From NCBI GenBank assembly GCA_000802045.1, contig JUEF01000018.1:3823-67822 (forward strand): a stretch of 64,000 nucleotides of DNA. The letters are read 5' to 3'. The translations under genes were made by a program, and so were the position numbers. This document shows positions 56,874 through 64,000 of the stretch, one piece after another (position 1 is the stretch's first letter; each line of letters opens with the position of its first letter). Below the pieces are notes generated by a model, which saw only the letters and a list, made by a program, of their open reading frames with translations, made no database searches and was not told the origin of the DNA. This DNA comes from Peptococcaceae bacterium BICA1-8. GTDB lineage: Bacteria; Bacillota; Peptococcia; Peptococcales; BICA1-8.

Positions 56874-57060
56874 AAAATGTAGAATGGGGAAGGGAAAATT
56901 TAGAATGGAGAGTGGAGAGTGGAGAAGGGAGAAGGGAGAATGGAGAAGGGAGAAGGGAAAATTTAGAATTTAGAATTTAGAATGTAGAATTTAAAGGGAA
57001 ATAGAGAAGACGAATGACGATAGACGAATAGACGAGTAGACGAATAGACGAATAGACGAG
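56874..57060 (+). repeat. Long purine-rich heptamer tract followed by an octamer tract
   Basis: About 18 in-phase heptamers (AGAATGG/AGAGTGG/AGAAGGG/AGAATTT) at 56874-56999, then (TAGACGA[A/G])x5 at 57021-57060, abutting the ansA RBS. Confidence 0.85.
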
Positions 57061-57073
57061 TAGGAGGAGACCG

Positions 57074-58096
57074 ATGCGTAAGAGGGTTTATATTGCCTAT
57101 ACGGGTGGAACTATTGGTATGACGCTATCTAAAGAAGGGTATAGTCCTGCACCGGGCTATTTAAAAATGCAGATGGAAAATATATTGGAACTACAGAGCG
57201 GTATGATGCCTGAGTATACAATTAATGAATATAATCCTCTTTTGGATTCGGCTAATATGACTCCTGAAATGTGGGTAGCTATTGCTCAGGATATTGCTGA
57301 TAATTATCATGGTTATGACGGGTTTGTAGTTTTACATGGAACTGATACTATGGCATATACAGCATCGGCCTTATCCTTTATGCTAGAGGGCTTAAATAAA
57401 CCTGTAATTGTTACGGGTTCCCAAATTCCCATCTGTGAGGTGCGTAATGACGCCCGGGGCAACTTAATAACAGCTATTCTTATTGCTGGTAATTATAATA
57501 TTCCCGAGGTATGTTTATATTTTGGTGATCGGTTACTAAGAGGTAACAGAACTGTAAAGGTAAGTGCCGACGAGCTGGATGCTTTTAATTCACCCAACTA
57601 CGCTCCTTTAGGTACTGTTGGAGTAGATATTAAAATTAATTGGGATTTAATGCATTGGAATAAAAATGAGAAGATTACCATCCATGAATTTGCTCAGCAT
57701 TCCATTGGCACGCTTAGAATTTTTCCAGGTATCAGAGCTGATGTAGTTGAGAATATCCTAAAGCCTCCTCTAGAAGGAGTAGTGCTTGAGACCTATGGAG
57801 CCGGAAATATCCCTGATCAAAATGAAGCTTTAATAGAGGTATTGCAAAAAGCTTGTGAACAGGGTCTGGTTATAGTAGCATGTACGCAATGTTTACGGGG
57901 AACGGTGGACTTAGGTGCATATCAAGCGGGGGCAGTTTTAGAAAAGGTTGGAGTAATTAGTGGTTTTGATATGACAACTGAGGCAGCTCTAACAAAAATG
58001 TACTATCTTTTTAGTAGGGGCTATAAAGTTGAAGAAATTAGAAAATTAATGCAGATTAATATTGCTGGCGAGCTTACCCCAACGACTAAAGAGTAA
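57074..58096 (+). CDS. ansA: L-asparaginase, type I (cytoplasmic)
   Basis: AYTGGTIGM, LLDSANMTP, VLHGTDTMAYTASALSF, TGSQIP, ETYGAGN, DMTTEAALTK. Confidence 0.93.
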   Translation: MRKRVYIAYTGGTIGMTLSKEGYSPAPGYLKMQMENILELQSGMMPEYTINEYNPLLDSANMTPEMWVAIAQDIADNYHGYDGFVVLHGTDTMAYTASALSFMLEGLNKPVIVTGSQIPICEVRNDARGNLITAILIAGNYNIPEVCLYFGDRLLRGNRTVKVSADELDAFNSPNYAPLGTVGVDIKINWDLMHWNKNEKITIHEFAQHSIGTLRIFPGIRADVVENILKPPLEGVVLETYGAGNIPDQNEALIEVLQKACEQGLVIVACTQCLRGTVDLGAYQAGAVLEKVGVISGFDMTTEAALTKMYYLFSRGYKVEEIRKLMQINIAGELTPTTKE

Positions 58097-58186
58097 AAAT
58101 TAATAATTTAATAGACAGCTATATCCTCCTTAGCTTTTTTTTCATATATTATACTAGGCATTTTAAAAAAAAAGAGGAGTGATAGG

Positions 58187-59266
58187 ATGATAAAGCTGCA
58201 TGATTTTGAGGTTACTAACTATCTTAGAACAATTAAAGATTCTGATTTGAGGTTTTTAAACTTAAGCGGTCGCAAATCATATCATACCCAAGGGATATAT
58301 GGGCAGAATAGTATTGTAGCTGTAGTTGATACTGGTGTTAGTCAACATCCAGAATTAAGAGGAAGATTATTAAGTGGCAAATCCTTTGTTAATTATACTT
58401 CTAGGACAAATGATGACAATGGACATGGGACACATGTGGCAGGTACAATTGCTGGCGGGAATGTAGGTATAGCACCTAGAGCAAATATTCTGCCAGTAAA
58501 AGTGCTAGATGGTGACGGCAACGGTACCTTAGAAAATCTTATAGCTGGGTTAGAATGGGTAAACCAGTATAATGCTACAAACAGTAAAAAAGTATCAGCA
58601 GTTAATATGAGTCTATCTGTTGAAAGTGATTTAAGTGAAGAGGAAAAAACAAGTTTTCATCAGGCGATTAAAGCATTGGTAGATAATAATGTAGCCGTAA
58701 TTGTTAGTGCCGGCAATACCGGTGAAGAAGAAATCAGATATCCAGCTGCTTTTGATGAGGTCATTTGTGTCGGAGCTGTTGATATTACTCAGAAAAGGGC
58801 TATGTTTTCTACCATGGGTGACCATGTTGATATTTGCCAGGTAGGTGTTGATGTTGTAAGTGCCTGGTTTAAAGGGGGCTATGCCGTCATGAGTGGCACT
58901 TCAATGTCTACACCCATAGTTAGTGGTGTTGGTGCTCTTTTAGCTAGTAAGTATAATGAAACCTTTAATGAAAATATATCAGAGGATTATTTATGGAAAT
59001 CAATCAAAATTAATACCAAGGACCTTGGAATTAAGGGGGCAGACAGAGAATATGGTACCGGATTTAGTACTCTACAGCCCTTAGAGTTGAAAATCCAGAT
59101 GGCAAATAAAAGCTCCTATATCAGGATCAATGGTGAAGTATATCGGTTAGGACAAGAAATAAATATAGTTGATGGGGACTTTTGGCTGCCGGGTACTGTT
59201 TTTGGTGATGCAACTGGTGCCTTTATTGAGTTCTCTGAGAAAGAATCTTTAGAATTTAGTTATTAG
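58187..59266 (+). CDS. S8 subtilisin-like serine peptidase without signal peptide
   Basis: Catalytic triad VAVVDTG / HGTHVAG / SGTSMSTP, oxyanion SAGN; C-terminal stalk-domain-like tail. Confidence 0.9.
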   Translation: MIKLHDFEVTNYLRTIKDSDLRFLNLSGRKSYHTQGIYGQNSIVAVVDTGVSQHPELRGRLLSGKSFVNYTSRTNDDNGHGTHVAGTIAGGNVGIAPRANILPVKVLDGDGNGTLENLIAGLEWVNQYNATNSKKVSAVNMSLSVESDLSEEEKTSFHQAIKALVDNNVAVIVSAGNTGEEEIRYPAAFDEVICVGAVDITQKRAMFSTMGDHVDICQVGVDVVSAWFKGGYAVMSGTSMSTPIVSGVGALLASKYNETFNENISEDYLWKSIKINTKDLGIKGADREYGTGFSTLQPLELKIQMANKSSYIRINGEVYRLGQEINIVDGDFWLPGTVFGDATGAFIEFSEKESLEFSY

Positions 59267-59394
59267 CATAAAAAGGGCAGGTTGCATAGTCAACTTGCCC
59301 TTTAGACTTTACAATCTTTAAATAATAGGTAAAATTAACTATAAGAAAATTAAAAGTTTATTATAGCAATATTTAACAAGGAGGAAGAAAATTT

Positions 59395-61107
59395 ATGACT
59401 GAAAACCTTCCGGATAATAAAAATAATACTAGTCCTACGAACTTCATTGAAAATATTATTAATGAAGACTTAAAGGTCAACAAGAATAACAATAAAGTAC
59501 ATACCCGTTTCCCACCAGAACCAAATGGTTATTTACATATTGGACATGCTAAATCCATCTGTCTAAATTTTGGTATTGCAGAGAATTACCATGGTCTGTG
59601 TAATTTGAGGTTTGATGATACTAACCCCAGTAAAGAAGAGGTTGAATATGTGGAGTCTATTCAAGAAGATGTAAAATGGCTGGGCTTCAGCTGGGAGGAT
59701 AGGTTGTTTTATGCTTCAGATTACTTTGAAAAGCTCTTTTTGTATGCAGTAGAGCTTATCAAGGCTGATAAAGCATATGTGGATGATTTAAGCCCTGAAG
59801 AAATAAGACAGCACAGAGGAACCTTAACACAACCCGGTGAAAATAGCCCTTATCGTGACCGCTCTAGGGAAGAAAATATGGATTTATTTCAGAAAATGCG
59901 AAATGGTGAATTTCCAGATGGTGCTAAAGTACTAAGGGCAAAGATTGATATGACTTCTCCTAACATCAACATGCGGGACCCGATATTATACAGAATTATG
60001 CGGGCCCATCATCATAGAACTGGTGATGAGTGGTGCATTTATCCCATGTATGACTATGCTCATCCTATTTCAGATGCCATTGAGGGAATTACCCATTCTA
60101 TATGTACTCTAGAGTTCGAGGATCACCGACCTCTTTACAACTGGCTTATTGACTCGTTGATTGAAAAAACCGAGGATTTTAAATTCAGACCACAGCAAAT
60201 AGAATTTGCCCGCTTAAATCTAACAAATATAGTAATGAGCAAACGGAAATTAAGAGAATTGGTAGAAGCAGGTCATGTTAAAGGCTGGGATGATCCTAGG
60301 ATGCCAACAATTTCAGGATTAAGGAGAAGAGGATATACCCCGGGAGCTATTAAAGACTTCTGTGAGAGAATTGGGGTAGCTAAAAGCAACAGTACAGTTG
60401 ATATCGCTTTATTGGAGCACTGTATTAGAGAAGATTTAAATGTAAATGCTTCTAGGGTTATGGCTGTATTACGTCCATTAAAGGTTGTAATTGAGAATTA
60501 CCCAGTAGGACAAGTTGAAGAACTAGAGGCTGAGAATAATCCGGAAAATCCTGATATGGGTACAAGAAAAATGCCCTTTTCCCGAGTTATATATATTGAA
60601 CAGGATGATTTTATGGAAGAAGCGCCCAAAAAATTTTTCCGTTTAGCACCTGGTAAAGAGGTTAGGCTAAAGCATGCTTATATTATTAAATGCGAGCAGG
60701 TCATCAAAGATGAAAAAACCGGAGAGGTTATCGAACTGCATTGTAGCTATGACCCGACAACTAAAAGCGGCGAAGATACTAGCGGCAAGAAGGTTAAGGG
60801 AACATTGCACTGGGTTTCTGCTGAACATGCTCTAGAGGCGGAGGTAAGACTTTATGACTATTTGTTTATCGAGCAGGAAGCTATAGAAGATGAAGAAAAG
60901 GAAAAGACCGCAATTTTAAACCCATATTCTCTAGAGAAATTAAAGTCCTATATTGAGCCAAGCTTAATAAATTCAATAGCTGGCCAACGTTTTCAGTTTA
61001 TGAGAAATGGATATTTTTGTGTTGACAGGGATTCTGATCAAGACAAGCTTGTTTTCAATAGAATAGTTAGCTTGAAGGACACTTGGTCTAAAATTAAAAA
61101 GGCTTAG
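59395..61107 (+). CDS. glnS: Glutamine--tRNA ligase
   Basis: [61 protein letters not shown]. Confidence 0.97.
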   Translation: MTENLPDNKNNTSPTNFIENIINEDLKVNKNNNKVHTRFPPEPNGYLHIGHAKSICLNFGIAENYHGLCNLRFDDTNPSKEEVEYVESIQEDVKWLGFSWEDRLFYASDYFEKLFLYAVELIKADKAYVDDLSPEEIRQHRGTLTQPGENSPYRDRSREENMDLFQKMRNGEFPDGAKVLRAKIDMTSPNINMRDPILYRIMRAHHHRTGDEWCIYPMYDYAHPISDAIEGITHSICTLEFEDHRPLYNWLIDSLIEKTEDFKFRPQQIEFARLNLTNIVMSKRKLRELVEAGHVKGWDDPRMPTISGLRRRGYTPGAIKDFCERIGVAKSNSTVDIALLEHCIREDLNVNASRVMAVLRPLKVVIENYPVGQVEELEAENNPENPDMGTRKMPFSRVIYIEQDDFMEEAPKKFFRLAPGKEVRLKHAYIIKCEQVIKDEKTGEVIELHCSYDPTTKSGEDTSGKKVKGTLHWVSAEHALEAEVRLYDYLFIEQEAIEDEEKEKTAILNPYSLEKLKSYIEPSLINSIAGQRFQFMRNGYFCVDRDSDQDKLVFNRIVSLKDTWSKIKKA

Positions 61108-61337
61108 GCTCCAAAAGCAGTTGACCTAAATAATCAGCTGCTTTTTTCTAGACCAGGGAAGGGTAGACAAACAGACATAATAACGCAACTGATGTATAAT
61201 GGACTAGATCCTACACAAAATATTCTAGAATAAATAGTGTAAGAATGAAAAAGAGGAAAAGAAATAAAACAGCTCAATGTAAATAAGAATAATTGTCCGT
61301 GATCGTTTATGTTCCGATGTCGCGAAAGGAGTATAGT

Positions 61338-62150
61338 ATGGAGATAAAACCCATTAAAAAATTAAAGCTTTATGGCTTTAACAATCTTACTAAAACTTTA
61401 AGTTTCAATTTATATGATATTTGTTATGCTAAGACCCCTGAAAACAGAAGTGATTATATTCAATATATAGATGAAGAATATAATGCGGAGCGATTAACAA
61501 GAATATTAACTGATGTTGCCACGATAATTGGTGCTAATATTTTAAATATAGCTAATCAGGATTATGACCCGCAGGGTGCCAGTGTTACTATGCTGGTTTC
61601 GGAAAATGAGTTTATTTCGAAAGAAATTGATGATAGCGAAAGCCCGGGACCTCATCCTGAGGCCATAGTTGGGCATTTAGATAAGAGTCATATTACTGTC
61701 CATACTTATCCGGAGAGCCATCCTGATCAGGGGATTAGTACCTTTCGGGCAGATATTGATGTATCAACCTGTGGACAAATCTCCCCCTTGAAGGCATTAA
61801 ACTATCTGATTAACAGCTTTGAGCCGGATATTGCTATCATGGATTATCGGGTGCGGGGCTTTACGAGAGACGTTAACGGAAAAAAGCTATATATTGACCA
61901 TAAAATCAACTCAATTCAAAATTATATATCTGGAAAAACAAGAGAACGATATCAAATGATTGACGTCAATGTCTTTCAAGATAATATATTTCACACCAAA
62001 ATGATTCTTAAAGAATTTGACTTGGATACGTATCTTTTCGGGGCTGCCAAAAAGGATTTGAAAGCTTGGGATAAAAGAAAGATAAAACAGCGGATCAAGA
62101 AAGAAATGCTGGAGATTTTCTATGGTAGAAATATTCCAAAAATGCAGTGA
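61338..62150 (+). CDS. speD: S-adenosylmethionine decarboxylase proenzyme (E. coli SpeD-type)
   Basis: [48 protein letters not shown]; ATG at 61338 after AAAGGAG. Confidence 0.93.
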   Translation: MEIKPIKKLKLYGFNNLTKTLSFNLYDICYAKTPENRSDYIQYIDEEYNAERLTRILTDVATIIGANILNIANQDYDPQGASVTMLVSENEFISKEIDDSESPGPHPEAIVGHLDKSHITVHTYPESHPDQGISTFRADIDVSTCGQISPLKALNYLINSFEPDIAIMDYRVRGFTRDVNGKKLYIDHKINSIQNYISGKTRERYQMIDVNVFQDNIFHTKMILKEFDLDTYLFGAAKKDLKAWDKRKIKQRIKKEMLEIFYGRNIPKMQ

Positions 62151-62304
62151 AATCATTATTATTTAACCACGGGCCCCTCCGGGGCACACGGATAAACACG
62201 GTTAAACTATTACTTAATAGCTAAATTTACAAAGAATAAAACTAAATTTTTTGCATTAATAGAGTCACTTTAGCTAAATACGGCTAAGTGGTCTTAAAAT
62301 ATTA

Positions 62305-62355
62305 AATAGGTCAATAAAAGCGGCTGTTAAATACAGGCGCTTTTATTGACCTATT
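62305..62355 (+). terminator. Terminator after speD whose right arm overlaps the first CtsR-like box
   Basis: AATAGGTCAATAAAAGCG...CGCTTTTATTGACCTATT. Confidence 0.6.
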
Positions 62356-62392
62356 TTGACCTATTGACCTTTACTGACCAATGTAATATAAT
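62346..62392 (+). promoter_or_regulatory. CtsR-like heptad repeats overlapping a sigma-A promoter (TTGACC-17bp-TATAAT)
   Basis: TTGACC at 62346, 62356, 62364 and CTGACC at 62374 (10-bp pairs; reverse complement of the GGTCAA CtsR repeat); -35 at 62364-62369, -10 at 62387-62392; upstream of the J-protein and clpB. Confidence 0.7.
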
Positions 62393-62498
62393 GCAATTGA
62401 AGCCCTGACCTTTGTTGATCAAAGAAACTTAGGTATGGTTAATAAGGTAATTCAATTCTTAGTTTTAAGTGTAGGATTACCTTTAGGGAGGTGTTACC

Positions 62499-63434
62499 AT
62501 GAGCGTAAAGTATCAGGATTATTATCAAACTTTAGGGGTATCCCGGGATGCATCACAAAAAGAAATTCAATCTTCTTTTCGTAAAGCTGCCCGTAAATAC
62601 CACCCTGATGTGAATAAATCTCCGGAGGCAGAGGAAAAATTTAAGCATCTTAATGATGCTTATGAAGTTTTAAAGGATACGGAAAAAAGAAAGCTCTATG
62701 ACCAATTTGGTTCTAACTGGCAGTCAGGCCAGGATACCCCAAAAACTCCAGATGCAAATAACGCTTATCATTACTCAGCAAATCCTAATTTTGAAGGTTT
62801 TGAGTTTAGTGATTTCTTTAGAGGGACATTTGGGCAGGGTTTTGGGGGTAATTCTTCCTATAAAGGAGAAGACAGAGAGGCGGACTTAACTATTACCTTG
62901 GAAGAGGCATATAATGGTACTTTAAAAAGTATTGAGCTTCAAGTTCTTGAAGAAGGTCCTAATGGTCGCTTAAAGCAGGCTCGAAAAAATTATGATATTA
63001 AGATTCCTAAAGGCTCATTGGACGGAAAAAAAATCCGGTTAAGTGGCCAAGGGAGCCCCGGAATAGGCGGAGGGCCAGCGGGTGACCTATATTTAACCCT
63101 TCACATAGCGCCTCATGAAAACTTTCAGGTAGATGGAGCTGACCTAATAACCCAGATCAAAATAAGTCCATGGGAGGCTATCTTAGGTACTAAGGTTTAT
63201 GTTCCCACTTTAAATGGCAAGGTAAAAATGAACATACCACCTGGAACTCAAAGTGAACAAAGGCTTAGGCTACGGGGGAAAGGTATTCCCGCCAAATCAG
63301 GACTAGGAGATTTATATATTGTTACTAAAATACTTATTCCTAAGGTTATTACAAGTGAGGAAAAGGAGCTAGTGGAACAATTAGCCGAGAAATCCCAATT
63401 TAATCCCCGTACAGATAACAAAGTTTTTGCTTAA
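62499..63434 (+). CDS. DnaJ-class chaperone without zinc finger (CbpA-type)
   Basis: J domain with HPD (KYHPDVNK), G/F region, C-terminal domain (GDLYL, PWEAILG, RLRGKG); no CxxCxGxG. Confidence 0.92.
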   Translation: MSVKYQDYYQTLGVSRDASQKEIQSSFRKAARKYHPDVNKSPEAEEKFKHLNDAYEVLKDTEKRKLYDQFGSNWQSGQDTPKTPDANNAYHYSANPNFEGFEFSDFFRGTFGQGFGGNSSYKGEDREADLTITLEEAYNGTLKSIELQVLEEGPNGRLKQARKNYDIKIPKGSLDGKKIRLSGQGSPGIGGGPAGDLYLTLHIAPHENFQVDGADLITQIKISPWEAILGTKVYVPTLNGKVKMNIPPGTQSEQRLRLRGKGIPAKSGLGDLYIVTKILIPKVITSEEKELVEQLAEKSQFNPRTDNKVFA

Positions 63435-63440
63435 ATTTGC

Positions 63441-63531
63441 GATAGACGATAGTATAGTCAATAGACGATAGACCAAAGACCAAAGACCAAAGACTAATAA
63501 CTAGTCACCAGTCACTAGTCACCAGTAACTA
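63441..63531 (+). repeat. 13 in-phase heptamers between the J-protein gene and clpB
   Basis: GATAGAC GATAGTA TAGTCAA TAGACGA TAGACCA AAGACCA AAGACCA AAGACTA ATAACTA GTCACCA GTCACTA GTCACCA GTAACTA. Confidence 0.8.
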
Positions 63532-63549
63532 TATTAAGGAGGGTTTTTT

Positions 63550-64000
63550 ATGAACCTAAATCTTTTAACCCAAAAATCCCTTGAGGCTTTACAAGAAGCT
63601 GAAAGCAAAGCTTTAAGTTATGGTAACCCAGAAATAGACGTAGAACATTTACTCTTAGCACTCTTAGAACAAGAGGAAGGGTTGATACCTAGGCTCATAA
63701 TGAAAATGGATATATCTGTAGAAAGCTTTCATAAAGAAATAGCAGAGCTTTTAAATAAAAATCCAAAAGTGTCAGGGCCAGGTAGAGAAGCGGGGAAAAT
63801 ATATGTAAGCAAGAGAATTGATAGTGTTTTTGTTAAAGCTGAGGGTGAGGCAAAAAGATTAAAGGACGAATATGTTTCAGTAGAACATATTTTTTTGGCG
63901 ATTATTGATGTAGTAGATAATACACCAATGAGCAAAAATCTTAAAAGTTTCGGTCTTACTCGAGACCGGTTTTTAAAGGCTTTAATTGATGTTCGCGGTA
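63550..64000 (+). CDS. clpB: ATP-dependent chaperone ClpB, N-terminal part (truncated by the window)
   Basis: Not in the ORF track. MNLNLLTQKSLEALQEAESKALSYGNPEIDVEHLLLALLEQEEGLIP...KDEYVSVEHIFLA...DVRG; RBS AAGGAGG. Confidence 0.93.
   Translation, partial: MNLNLLTQKSLEALQEAESKALSYGNPEIDVEHLLLALLEQEEGLIPRLIMKMDISVESFHKEIAELLNKNPKVSGPGREAGKIYVSKRIDSVFVKAEGEAKRLKDEYVSVEHIFLAIIDVVDNTPMSKNLKSFGLTRDRFLKALIDVRG

Noticed and set aside
59267-59394. T-box leader upstream of glnS
   Set aside because: The region is too short and holds only the protease terminator (AAAGGGCAGGTTG...CAACTTGCCCTTT); no GGTGGNACC T-box sequence.
60-63935. The many 60-150 aa ORFs overlapping larger genes (e.g. 1929-2213, 7529-7846, 14176-14532, 19965-20348, 34285-34734, 50327-50812, 63729-63935)
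   Set aside because: They are shadow ORFs of well-supported genes, without RBS or recognisable motifs.

Overview
64 kb of an AT-rich, anaerobic Firmicute (Clostridia/Peptococcaceae-like) chromosome. No rRNA, tRNA, CRISPR array or intact mobile element was seen. All product calls come from motif recognition by eye, with no database searches. Left part: a truncated arylsulfotransferase-like gene, a Crp/Fnr regulator and an NhaC-family transporter, sharing a candidate TGTA(A/G)T-N4-ATTACA operator; an IclR + TRAP + pxpABC (5-oxoprolinase) unit; a collapsed msrA/msrB relic; a triple-BsuPI secreted protein; selD-mnmH. The centre (18.5-42.5 kb) is a 24 kb corrinoid-centred region. It starts with a methyltransfer cluster: three pyrrolysine-free MttB-family methyltransferases, two corrinoid proteins, a stand-alone hydantoinase/oxoprolinase-A protein, a methyl-THF methyltransferase, a RamA/RACE activator, a BCCT transporter and a PocR-AraC regulator. 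Convergent comA/comB follow, then a reductive dehalogenase locus. That locus is the most unusual element: tatA-rdhC | tetraheme cytochrome c lipoprotein-rdhA(Tat)-rdhB | soluble histidine kinase-response regulator-second RdhA-like protein with no Tat signal. Right part is mostly housekeeping (panCD with an attenuator-like leader, two SDRs, GH73 autolysin, prfC, radical SAM/SPASM, ansA, S8 protease, glnS, speD, CbpA-type J protein and partial clpB behind CtsR-like boxes), with several intergenic 7/8-bp tandem repeat tracts.
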